This document shows positions 11,101-23,002 of a DNA stretch of 49,656 nucleotides, piece after piece (the first letter of the stretch is position 1; each line of letters begins with the position of its first letter). The notes beneath the pieces were generated by a model that saw only the letters and a list, made by a program, of their open reading frames with translations, did not search any database and had not been told where the DNA came from. Made by a program: the position numbers and the translations under genes. The stretch lies in assembly GCA_904063045.1 (NCBI GenBank), contig CAJFCJ010000044.1, forward strand, positions 196,187 through 245,842, in the 5' to 3' direction. This DNA is from Dimorphilus gyrociliatus. Its lineage: Eukaryota > Animalia > Annelida.

Positions 11101-14100
11101 GTTGTCCTACATTACTGTACAAAAAATTTGTAGCTTTTTTGGATTTAATTATGGAACAATATTGTCAAATTTCAATAGCCCATCAGATAGTTTAGTTGAT
11201 AAATTGATCCTTAACAAGTTTGAATGTTTGAAAAATTCATCAAATATTCAAGATTGTTTAGTTTCTAAAAAAATGTATTTGAAAAAGTGTTAGCAGAAAA
11301 TGTCCAACTTTTTTGAAAAAATGGAAATAATTAATGATTCATAGTATGAGGGGAGATTTAAAACCAAGCAAGGATGGGGTAAAACCATATATCTAAATGA
11401 ACGTTTTCTTTTGCAACCATTAGAAAGTTAACTAGTAATCTTGAATGTATTTTTGGGATCAGGGAAAACTCGTTCCTGGGAAAACTCACCCCTGGGAAAA
11501 GTTTTCCTCTTTTTAGGAAAACTCGTTCCCTTTTTGCAAGAGCAACTTTCATCGTTTTTAAAAGAAATAGAAAGAATATTGTATATAATATAATTGATGA
11601 AAAATGCTAAATATATGAAAATCACAAAGAGAAATATAAAGATAATGTTATTCAGAATAAATATTTGCTGTTTTTTCCAGTAGATCAAATGCTGTTATTT
11701 GACCAAATTTATATTCATCCCATATATCAAAAATTTTCTATTGTTTTGTTATTGTCATTTGCCTTTGATATTTTCTTAGTTTCTTTTCTGTTAGAAGCTT
11801 TTAAAAAACTGGAATCAAAGAAGCTTCATGCTTCAAGCAATAAACTAATAAATACAAGCAAAAATTAGGCAAAGTTTTTTCAATAAGTCTCCTTTGCCAT
11901 GCTTCAACATCATTATTTGTGCAAATGCTCATTCCAAAAACAGACCAGCTTTCTGGTGTCCAAATAGAATTTCTAATCCAGGTATTTTCTATATATTCAT
12001 ACAAATCTTTATATACATTTTTCTCAAAAGCTTCTTCTTTTAAAAATGAAAAATATGGGGCATTCCAGGAGAAGGAAGAAAAGGAAGTGCCAATAATTTT
12101 CTCATCATATCTTTAAAGGTCTTACTAGTTTTATATGCAGTTGCATATCCCAAATTCTAAAAACATGAAATTATTATATACTTTAAATATGTGATATAAT
12201 ATAATACTTGGATTTTTCTGAAAACTGCTTGTATCAAATGGAAAACACATCCTTGAATTGTGAATTTAGATAAACAGATGACAAAACGAGTCCATAATCC
12301 TAATTCAAAATCACCAAAGAACTTTTTTGATTTTGAATAATTTGTTGGATCAATATTCTTTTTATTTCTTTTATAAACGATAAAAGTTGCTCTTGTAAAA
12401 AAAGGACAAGTTTTCCCAGGGACGAGTTTACCCGCTCCCTCTTTTTGTTATTGGAAGCAAGTTAAAATGTCTATTTAAATGGTAAAGTTGAAATTTCAAC
12501 AGATAGAGTTGAACTGTATGTAGATTCAATGTGTTGGGATTTGAATAGAAAAAATGCAAAATTTTGGACGTTTTCTTCAGCATCTGTTGTCGTTGATATA
12601 TCTATAATTTCATCCTTTATTCTAGACAAGTTACTAAAAAAAATCCCCTTCCTATTGAATGTATAATGTCTAATAAGAAAGGTAATAATCTTGTTTATAT
12701 TTCAATTATATTGAAAGTTTTTCATTTCACACAAACAGCTATTGATTGTTCTGAAGACTTAACAATGCTGACGACACTAATTGATGATACGTGCTATTAT
12801 TTATTTCATGGAAGGGAATTTAGAACTTTGGATGAAAGAGAATTGTTTTGTAAACAAAGAAATTTAACACTAGCTGATTTTCCAACAAGAGGGAAATATT
12901 TTGTTTTTCTGTTCTTACCTGAATTTTTCAAGCAGGAAGCCTCCATCGATATTGGATTGGTGCATAGTGCATGTACGAATTTAGATGAATAATTTATTTG
13001 GAGGGGAGGTGGTTAGAGAAAAGTGAGAATGTTATCTGCAATGATTTGTCAGTTGAATGCCAATTTTATCAGAAATTCCTTCTCATTTCCTTTGAGTGCC
13101 TAAGCCCCTCTGAATTGATCTTCTTTTAATCATTTTACTAAAAAACAATTTAGATGCTAAACTAGTGAACACAAAGAGAAACAGTAAAACTTATATATCA
13201 ATTGCTAATACAACTTTGGATTATCCATCAGTAGATAAATCCTTCATCAAACTTGATAATTTAAATAAAGATGTCCATTTAAAAAATCTGAAAAAATTGA
13301 GAGAAATTTCATTGTTTTGCTACAGTCTGTTTGTGTCTATTTTCAATTTAAAAACAAAACAATATACAGTTTAATTATATTTTCATATTCGAACAAACAT
13401 TGCTAAAATTCAAGTGGCATCTATCAAAATTCGCTTCTAATTAGCAGTATTAGCTGTTCAACCAAATACGTACTTGTTTGGGTTCTGTCATTAAACAGTC
13501 ATGTTTCTTATGTCATTAAAATTTCTGATAAAACAGCCTTCAAATATCAATTATCTTCTGGACATTTTTCATTGGAGACCCTTTTTAATAGAACTAATAT
13601 GTTTTTTTGCAAAACTGATGGTATATTTATAAATGTCGCCTACGTTTGTGATGGAGTTAATGATTGTCCTTCTTACGATGATGAAATCCAATGTCCGAAC
13701 GAGAATTATCCACAATTTAGATGTTTTTCTAACAATCAAACCATATCTACTTTCCTTGTTTGTAACTATATTTCTGAATGTCTGGACGGATCGGATGAGG
13801 ACAGTTGCGGTAAGCGGTAGTGAAAAATTGTATAGGCTGAGAGATGGATGAACGCATGACAAACGTCCCCCATTTGTCTCGCTCCGTCTCCACATTTAAT
13901 GTAACGCTTACCTATGGAATCATTGTATTTTTTTTTCTCTATAGAATATAATAAATGTGCGAAAAGGCTAGTGTATAATTTTTGTAAACAAACAAACAAA
14001 CATTAGTGTTTGCCAACTAAGAAATGAATGTTATTAATATTACATAACACAGTGAAATGCAGTGTGCTAACCAACAGTGCATAGATGAAATGAAAATTTG

Positions 14101-17100
14101 TGATAATGAACGCAATTGTTTTGATGATAGTGACGAAATCTGCCACTCTGATGCTTCCCCAATTCCAATCAACAAAATCGGTTAATGATGAAATTTGTGG
14201 TTTTGTCGTTATTCCTATTATTACTCATTGTAGCCTGTCATAATCGAGGTCAAGGGTACTGCGATGGGGTTTGTAAACCACAATGGCTTTGGCGGGATGG
14301 AAGAACCGATTGCATCGATCAGCAGGACGAACCTACTTCATCTAGTTACATATCAAATAGAGATAAAAATTGCTATCTATTTTACAACTCATTAGGATAT
14401 GCTAAGACAAACTTATTTCTAACATTTAACTGTCACAATACTACTTGCAAGTACGGCCAGTATCAGTGTCATAGGGAAAAATACTCTATTTCAATAGAGC
14501 AAGTATGTGATAATATTGATCACTGTCCTCTCGGTGATGATGAAATTGAATGTGGTTAGTATTTGTTTAATATTTGTCATTAAGAAAAAATAATTGGTAT
14601 CGTTTTCTTCCCTCGAATGCTGAAGATCACTTTGTTGCAAAAGGATTTTTCAAGTGTCATAAAGAAAATTTCTATTTACACTTCAGCAAAATTTGCAATG
14701 ATATTCTGAATTGTAAATACGGAAGTGACGAATTATTTTGCGAAATATACCAAATTCCTAACGAAAAGATTTGTCGTAAATACTCGAATTTTGCTTTGAA
14801 ATGCAATTTTAAAAGTTTAAATTCAAAAATTGCTTTGGGTAAAATTTTCAAAAGAATTACTGTTGAAGGTAAAATGCATAGAAATAACCTTGAAAAATCC
14901 AACAATTTATTAAATTTAACAATTTCTGATGCTGTTCTTTATGATAATTTCTCTTCTCTACTCTTTCCAAATATCATTTATCTAACTTTAAGTAATGTAA
15001 CCAACTATAACAATATATCAAACATTTTAAAATCTGAATTAAAACTTCTACAACATCTTAATTTGTCAATAAATGAAATAAAAGTTTTGAATTTCTTCAA
15101 AGAAATAAAATCAACATATTTAAATGACCTTGACATTTCATTTACAAAAATACAAAATATTTATAAAAGAGATTTAAAATATTTAAGAAATCTTCAAATA
15201 TTAAAAATGAGAAATTGTGATATAAAATCTATTGAAAGTTGGTCATTACTAGAATTGAATAGCCTCGTCGAATTGGATTTTAGTAATACCAATTTACCAA
15301 AATTTTCATCAAAAACGATTGCAGAGGGACTAACAAATGTTCAGAGAGTATCCAGTAAAAGTTTTACACTATGTTGTTTAGTGTGGACATATAATAGTAA
15401 AGAAATAAAATGCGAACCTACTCAACAATTCTTTAGAGTATGTTCAAAACTAATTAGTAGAAATTTGACACGTTTTATCATATGGATTATTTCAATTTTG
15501 GGTATATTTGAAAATTCTACATCAGTTATCTACGTTATCTTTTCTTCAAGACTCTCATCCAAACCTCTCCGACTGTTACTTTCTTTCAGTGATTTGTTAA
15601 CTTGTCTCTACTTTTTAACAATTGCAATTTTTGATTCTTACTATGGCGAAGATTATTTGAAATACGATGAAATTTGGAGGCATAGTGTTACCTGTAAAAT
15701 TCTTGGTACATCTATGACGATATCACTATTGCTAGCATCTTCTAGTGTATTGCTCTTTGCGCTTGAGAGATACCAAGCAATAAAGCAACCATTTGAAAAA
15801 CCCTTTATAACTTTACATTCAAAATTTCTGATCATAGCCATTGGATCATTTTGTCTTTTTGCTGTAATTCCACTTTTATTTCTCTACAAAGTTATTTTTT
15901 TCTTTTACACCTTTAAATGATTTTATTGATTTTTTTGCATATTTTCTTTAAAAGAACATCCACAGCAATTCTTCAATCTGCTTTAATATATACATCAGGA
16001 GTGAGATGGGAGATGGATGGTTTATTATTTTTAGTCTATTCAATATAATAATTCCATCAAGTAGTATTCTTATAGCGATTCTGTATTTAAAAATCTTTCG
16101 AACAATTCAACAATCTTCAAATTCCATCAAGTCAATGACAGTTGGAATGCAAAAAAAGAAAATAGTTAAAAATGTATTTGCTAGTGTAATCTGTAATGTT
16201 GTACTATGGCTCTCAGTTTCATTATTAGGTATATAATATAATGGGGTCGACAGAAAACGTCCCCAAGTGAGATTTTTGAAAGCGACATTTCGGATTGAAA
16301 AATGGTTAGGAGGAATAAAGTAGCTTTTAATTTATAGTTAGGGGGGATTCCATCTAAGGGTTAGGGGTTATTAAAAAAGGTTAGGCAGAGACAAGGGCTA
16401 GGTTAGGGTTAGGGTTAAACTATGCATTTGGGGATGTTTCTGTCGTATCCCCACACCTTTGTGACTGCTGAAGCTTTATCACTTTCCTCTAACCCTTAGG
16501 TGTGACCTTACTAAGGATCAACTGATGAAATATCTTTGGAGATTCTTCAAGAATTTCATTTGTGGACGTTTTTCCACGATCCCTTGCATTTGAGAAGTAC
16601 TCATTGCTAATTTTTCAACAGGAATCTTATCACTTTTTATTAATATCCAGATTAATGATGATTTATACTCATTAATTATATCAATTTTATTATCATTAAA
16701 TTCTACAACAAATCCACTTATCTACATCTTAAACGATATTATTAGTTACATTCAAAGCGTTAAAAATCTTGCAGCAGTAGAAAGGTCACCATTTTTAAAC
16801 TTTTTCATTTGTTTTCTTTTAGAAAACACAAACTTGTTTTCCTTTCAGATTGTCATTGGAAAAGAAAGCTAAGGAAGAAATGCTGAAAACATGTATTTGA
16901 AAATATTCAACTTTTTACACTCACATTAATAATTTCTTTTTAATGATTTAAGGCATACAATTTACCAACAACAACTTTCGTTACTTTGTATTTCATCAGT
17001 GTTTCGATCAGGTTCATCAACCCTTGTCATTATCCAAAAAATTCTACAAAACAAATTGTTTAGTTCAGTGCATAAGAAAACTTTTTAGAGCTTTGCATTT

Positions 17101-17373
17101 TTTAAATTGTCATTCACTTTCATTCAATAGAGATGTTGGCCTAGATTCTATAATAGTTGAAGTAGAATTTTTCTTAGGCTTTTGGTTAAATTTTTACTAA
17201 TAGCACACTTTGTGTTGACATCAACATAAAAACAGAAAAGAAGTAATCAATACAAATTATATATAAAAGAAGTGAAAATGAAAACTTTGGATTCAGAAAA
17301 AGAAGATGTACTTATATTAGGAAATATGATGAAAAGGCTTCTTCAAAGAAGAAAAATACATTCCGATAATTGA
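8179..17373 (+). CDS. GRL101/RXFP-like multidomain GPCR, copy 1: SRCR-like x~4, CTLD-like, LDLa x6, LRRs, 7TM, kinase-like tail (5' exon structure approximate)
   Basis: SRCR-like motifs: ICKKLGY (8.4 kb), ICEKLGY (9.66 kb), ICHQLGM (10.64 kb), GEFQY...ICSFFGF (11.1 kb). CTLD-like DTCYYLF...FCKQRNLTLADF (12.8 kb). Six LDLa (13.6-14.74 kb), LRRs, TM3 ALERY, TM7 NSTTNPLIY. Exons 14626-15890, 15955-16228, 16622-16784, 16849-16892, 16953-17161 and 17236-17373 splice in one frame. The start at 8179 is a best guess. Confidence 0.82.
11455..12439 (-). mobile_element. Mutator-like (MULE) element, 5'-deleted transposase remnant with long repeat-built TIRs, in a receptor intron
   Basis: Minus strand: GDFELG...GCVFHLIQAVFRKIQ|intron|NLGY...LLALPFLP...YIENTWI...WSVFG...CTNNDVEAW (second D, CxxH and catalytic E regions). 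TIRs ~11455-11580 and ~12352-12439 share GGGAAAACTCGTYCCT repeats and CAAGAGCAACTTT. One frameshift; no convincing TSD. Confidence 0.88.
16243..16452. mobile_element. MITE-like element (~210 bp) with imperfect TIRs and telomere-like GGTTAG motifs, in a receptor intron
   Basis: Left end ggggtcgacagaaaacgtccccaa versus right-end reverse complement ggggatacgacagaaacatccccaa. Internal ggttagggttagggtt. Non-coding; no clear TSD. Confidence 0.78.
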
Positions 17374-17639
17374 GAGAGAGAAAAAATAAATGATTTTTTA
17401 ATCAATACTTTTTTTTCACAAGAATAAAAGCACTATTGTTTTGCTAATAGGTAGGCCTGAACTAAGTATTAGGAGAAGTAAAATTGAAAAGGTAACATCT
17501 AGAGCTGGAATAGGATTAGGATAAATCTGTAAATTCATACTATAGTGCCTATTAAATTTCGAACCAATTTTTCTTCATGAGTAGCCTTCTTTTAACAAAA
17601 TTTTAACTTTAAGAGTAAATATATTTATTTTTCATAAGC

Positions 17640-18110
17640 CATTGTAATCATATTGAATGCAATGAGCTTACTTTATCAAATGAATGGACTAGTCCCTTGC
17701 AAATCTTCAATAGTCCAACTCCCATTCCATCATTCCCCTCTAAATTCTATTTCAGAACAATTATTTAGCAGAATTTCAATTCCAAAATAATGACTTTTAT
17801 TAAGTTCACAAAAACTAAAACCAATTTATTTTAAAGTATTCGCTGAATGGACAAGTCCATTACAAATCTCTGCCAATCCATCTTCTAAAAAGTTATTTCT
17901 CAGAACACTGATTACTTCAATTCTAAAACAGTTTTTTAGAAAATTTCCAATCTGCTTATATTGACTTTCACTTAGTTTACAGTAACTAAATTCAATTTAT
18001 TTTAAGGTTTTAGATGAATGAATAAGTCCTTGACAAATCTCTAATAATCCAATTTGTAAATGCTCTTTTTTTTGAATTGTACAGAGATTTATTATTGGTA
18101 ACATTTTAAT
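17640..18110 (-). pseudogene. LRR pseudogene fragment, ~3 units of a 57-aa RI-like repeat
   Basis: GLLEICQGLIHSSKTLK*IEFSYCKL...GLAEICNGLVHSANTLK*IGFSFCEL...GLLKICKGLVHS. 171-nt period, two TAA stops and one frameshift. Confidence 0.8.
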
Positions 18111-18804
18111 TCTTCTGTTCCAATATTCTTAATATAGCTTTATGTTGCATAGGACTAGAAATATGTTTTATATTTTTACGAAAACAATAGTTTATAGAGT
18201 AATAACAATTACGTTATAATTATAACCATATAACCATAAATCTATAAACCAAAAAGGGCACTTATTGATTATAACAAAAACTTTTAGGAATAAGATTATT
18301 GTTTAAGTCAACTGAGCAAAAGCCTATTATTCATTTATATTAAAAACCAAGACTTGAAAGAGTAGCATCAGCACTAACAAACGAGATTTCAATGAGCAAA
18401 TTAATTTATAGAATTTCATCCTTCAGCCAGAAATTTAGTAAATATTTAGGAAGAAAGTGATTTCCCATGGTAACAGCCATAGCAACAATAATATTCTATT
18501 CTCTCTCTCTCATTTTCTTTGTGCTCTTGCTTATTGATACAACCAGAATACTAACCAATTAATCACATTTTAGTAATTTATAAGTTGAACTGAGAAGAGA
18601 AATTGCAAAAAGATAAATTAATTACCAAGATACCAAGATACCTTTACCATGTCGTATTGAGTTTGAGTAAATGTTTTGTCTTATCATTTTAATTTCAAAT
18701 CAAATTTGTTTAATTTAAAAATTAACAAGAGACTTTAACCAAAGCACCAACTAAGCAAAATCTCTAGGGTTTTATATAGTTACCCATTTTCCTGCCAACA
18801 TATA

Positions 18805-19025
18805 CAGTATAGGCAAAAAGTGCCCAGCCACCTTGTAAAATTTTTAGTTTAGATATTAAACTATACAGAATAACTACTTTTAATTGGTAATAATAATTAT
18901 TAATATGTATAAACTAATATCCTTTACCAACAATTATCAAAAACTGGTTTTTCTTTTATAAAATCCAGTTTTAGTAATTATACCTCAAAAAAAGGGAGTA
19001 GTTAAAAATGAGTGGCCATCTACTG
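18805..19025. mobile_element. Possible Tc1/mariner-type non-autonomous remnant
   Basis: TA-CAGTA... at 18803-18809 and ...TACTG-TA at 19021-19027. The ends match each other only over CAGTA, so they may be unrelated termini. Confidence 0.35.
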
Positions 19026-19528
19026 TATATTAAGTGCAATTGAAACAGATTAAGCCTATTTATATTGTTTGAATTGATTTAATGCTCAACACATCAACAA
19101 AAGCAATAAATATTTCAACACGCATAATGAGCGCTTTCAACAGGTTCGTAAACGTTTTAAGCATGTCAGTGGGCGTTTTTGGCAGTGGGCGTTTAAAACA
19201 ATGGGCCTTTTTAACTAAGCGTTTTCAACAACCCTTGAAAAATTGTATAGTATTGAATTATACCTTAAAAAATGATTCCTCTCATACATACATAATTGAT
19301 ATAAGGTGTTGAAATATTTAAATAAGCAACCAGTCAGAATACTTTCACTTTATAAAAAGAAGAGAAAGAGAGATATACAAAAATTAGAACAGAAATTGTC
19401 ATTTTCATAGGTACCTAAAAAGTTTAACTGATCTTAAAAACAGTGCTTAATTGTTAAAAATTTGAAGCATCCTTCAATTATTTCATTCTTGATAGTTGTT
19501 AATTTTTCAGATAAGAATTTTCAGGAAG

Positions 19529-20518
19529 ATGAATATCTTGGTAGTATTGAAAGTAATTCTTTTATCTTCTTTGACTCTAACATTAACCAATGCAGGTATT
19601 TTCTCTTATACATCAATGTAAATCTGTATTCATTCATTCATCCATTCACTTTTTTCTTTTAGCGTGTACTTATGATGTAATAATTGGGAAACAAGTAAAT
19701 ATAAACGCATTTGTAGTATTTTACGGTAATAATTTGGACTTGTGCAAATATGTTTGTGACCATCTAACTCAATGTCAGTAAGTACTCATATAACAGATTT
19801 TAAAGTATTTCAAGATTAGTTCAAAAAGGTTATTGAATTCACAAAATATCTTATAGAATTTATCTTAGATAGCCAAGATTTTCAAAATTGATAACAATCT
19901 TCAAGGTATATCTTGTTTTTTTATATTAAAGGGCTTTTGGTAAACGAACCAGTTACTGTAATTTTAGAATATCACAGACACCAATAAAAGACTCACCTAG
20001 TAATGCCTATTCTGATTGTTACAAGAAGAGTTCTTGTGGTAATGTATATCCAAATTATTAATATTCTTAAATTAGACTGTTCCAATTTTTAAATTAAACT
20101 TTCCTTTACTGTTTAATTCATTCAGGAGGCATTCCACCATTTCAGAGTAATACATAATAAAATATACTTAAATATTAGTGAATAAATTTATATGTACACT
20201 TTAGGTAAACACTATTCCAAAATATCACAAAGAGCATTTAGTGGTACTCTTTATGGAAGATTTTTTGGCGATTGTTCTATTATATGTAGCAGCATTCCAG
20301 TTTGCAAGTAATATGTCCATTTGAACATTTTATATTCTAAAATTGTTTATACAATCATAACAGATCATATGTTAAGGAAGGAAGTTTTTGTAATCTTTAC
20401 ACAAATATGCATTCAGATCTAAGTAACCTTACAACAGAAGCAGATAAGGATTATTACTATGAGTCAGTGGAAATTTTAACAACTCAATTAATTACAACAA
20501 TTCCAACTGAAAAACCAG
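19529..20518 (+). CDS. Secreted PAN/Apple-domain protein (two PAN domains plus Thr-rich linker); 3' end unresolved
   Basis: Signal peptide MNILVVLKVILLSSLTLTLTNA. Exons 19529-19595, 19663-19777, 19932-20038, 20205-20307 and 20364-20518 splice in frame. PAN-like patterns LCKYVCDHLTQC...YCNF and CSIICSSIPVC...FCNLY. Confidence 0.7.
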
Positions 20519-20969
20519 GTAAACAGACACTTTTTTCTTTCTTACAAAACAACTACTTCATTCATCCAACATAAAAAGTCACATCTTTTAAGATACAAGA
20601 AAACTTAACTAAAAAAAATTAGTGATTACACGAAAAGGATTGTGATCAATAATTTACTGCATATTTTAGCATTTTTGGCAATATGATAAAAGATTCATTT
20701 GATATATGTTTAAAGTTATGGTTAATCTAACTCCATACACATTGAAATTACGTTTCTGATATAGGTCATACAAAGGTATTTTAATAAATTTGAATACATT
20801 CCTTTCAAGAATTCAAGAAGAATGGTTGATAGATAGCACCAATGCCTCAAAAATAATGAAACATGCTGTTGATCAGGTCAGATATAGTCATCCTGTTTCC
20901 ATTGTGACAGATAGCATTACAAAAGCATTTGAATATCATATAATACATACCAAAAACATTTTTTTTCCC

Positions 20970-21253
20970 ATTTATTTTTCACTTATAGTACGGAATTGCG
21001 GACAATTCCGTCTAAAATTATTTCTCAGCTTTCTCACCCTGTTCTGGATGCATTCACTCTCTTTTATACCTTTGCTATCGTCACTTAACTTGGTGGTTGA
21101 CTGTGGTCATTCGCGCTGCCACGTTTGTGCCGCATTGCTCTCTATCTACTGTCCTAGCTTCAGTTAAGTCAATCTCTTCCTTTAAGTGACGCTACCATAC
21201 TAACATACATTCACTGACTCACACTATCGAACACAGAGTATAACATTCTGTTC
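20970..21253. mobile_element. Hairpin-ended dispersed repeat, copy B (Helitron/Helentron-type non-autonomous element suspected)
   Basis: Colinear similarity to 31726-32078. Hairpin acggaattg-cgga-caattccgt (20990-21011). Internal inverted pair gtcacttaa (21080-21088) / ttaagtgac (21182-21190). Confidence 0.75.
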
Positions 21254-21955
21254 ATAACCTATTAATCCTTCATATTAAACACTTAACAATTATTATATAC
21301 AAGAGATGCTTCAAACTGTAAATTGTATTACCAACACTTTGTATCTGGTGTTAAAGACCAAAAACAAGACACTTTAAAGTTAGTCACGAAGGAATAATCT
21401 TTGTCTTATACATGAAAATTGCTAAGAACTAAATAAGAAAAGAAGGAAAGATGGAACAAAGTAAAAGTGAAAACATTCACAATAAATGTCATGTCCTCTT
21501 GCTAAAGATAAACATCAACTATAACATTTGCCAACTGTAAACTAACTAAAGTGTATATAAACGCTTATAGTTTCATTCCATTCATCTATCTCTATTTCTA
21601 CCTCTTAACCTGAAAAGATCACCTGAAAATTCATCAGTAAACAAGCTGAATATTCTAACATAATGGAATAGCTATAACGAAATATGTATATATAAAACGT
21701 AAAGATAATTTGGCTCGCTGCCAAATTTAGGCGATGTGCTATCGACTACAGATTTATTGAGGCTACTACTGTAGAAGACTTTTATTTCCATAGTTAATTT
21801 CAATAGTTTCAATATTGTCGAGTTAATTAATTGATTGTGACTTTCATGCAGATTCGCTTAGGTATTGTAAAAAGCCATGTTTTGAAATCATCATATAGTT
21901 TTGTTTTGAATAGTGAAAATTTAACTGTCTTTCAATCAAAGGGAATCATTCATAG

Positions 21956-22410
21956 ATACTTGTATCAATGGACCAGTGTTCAGTAACAACCATAGAAAAT
22001 TAGACCAAACATTAAAATATATCACTGATAATTAAACTCCAGAAACTTACGTATAAATTACAATGGCAGAAGAATTTAATTTAACAGTACCACGGCCAAC
22101 TGTTGGTCATGTCAACCTTGATTTTCAAATTGAAATTTTGGGATATAATTTTAAAAAGTGTATAGATAGATTCGACATGACTCCACCAATTACAGTTCTC
22201 GTCTTTGTTCCTGTAGATACACAAATTGTCTCACGTTTTCAATGATTATATTGGGACTGTTCTTTGATATCTGGAAATGATAACACAAATTGCAAGTATT
22301 TGTGTAGTTGTGGTTCATAATACTGTCAAGCAGTCTATGTCACAGCATTTGAAGATGAAAAGTGAAAATATGCAAGTTTGTCATTACAAAATAATAAACA
22401 TTTAACTTTG
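21956..22410 (+). pseudogene. Dead Cys-rich extracellular-domain exon, probably the former 3' exon of the PAN gene
   Basis: Phase-1 acceptor at 21955 is compatible with the donor at 20519. One frame reads DTCING...FKKCID...DCSLISGNDNTNCKYLCSCGS*YCQAVYV with five in-frame stops. Confidence 0.5.
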
Positions 22411-23002
22411 TAATTTTCTTCATATAGTCAATGTTATGTAGTATTTTGCCAACATGCAAACGAATTGACATCTTCAATAAATTTTTAAATTTACAACCTT
22501 TTCCATGGCAGTCATAAGACCTTTTTTGGTTATGAATTGAATTTTAAAATCTGTAATTCTCCATAGGAATGAAAATAAAAATAAGGAAGTGATAAGGAAT
22601 AACACTTTCACCATTCAATTGTAACAGCCATTCAAAGCAGAAAGAATTCACATCTTAATGGACAATGTGATACATAATAGAAGGCATTGTAAAAATTTGC
22701 TAACCCTTTAGCCTTTAACCCTTCCTTAAGGGATTCACCTATTACATAATATGTAACATTTCTCACATGCATTTATTAGCAATATATTTCAATTTTTTTA
22801 ATGGTTAAACTGGTGGAATTCATATATAATTCAACCAATTGATTTAGAATTGATAGATTAACGTTTATAATCAGAAGAAAGAGAATTAAATGTATCATTA
22901 TCACCTTATTAGTTTTATTATTAACAATTAAAAAACAAACAAAACACACTAACTACAATGTTTAAAATAAAATGATGTTAAGTTTTGTAGATATATAATA
23001 GT

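Noticed and set aside
13973-14052. TAG and TGA that seemed to pseudogenise receptor copy 1
   Set aside because: They are removed by an 80-nt phase-2 intron; copy 2 has an equivalent 83-nt intron (36624-36706).
14185-14235. Apparent signal peptide MMKFVVLSLFLLLLIVA starting the 14185 ORF
   Set aside because: It lies within a phase-1 intron (donor 14181, acceptor just before CCTGT) joining LDLa3 to LDLa4; T-rich introns translate as hydrophobic runs. An alternative first exon is not excluded but has no support.
19165-19195. Tandem cagtgggcgttt duplication
   Set aside because: Only two short units and no defined ends; probably a small repeat remnant.
17640-22410. Stop-codon reassignment to explain recurrent in-frame stops
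   Set aside because: Intact genes here end at TAA/TAG/TGA and have long stop-free frames; the stop-rich segments also show deletions or frameshifts, or sit next to insertions.
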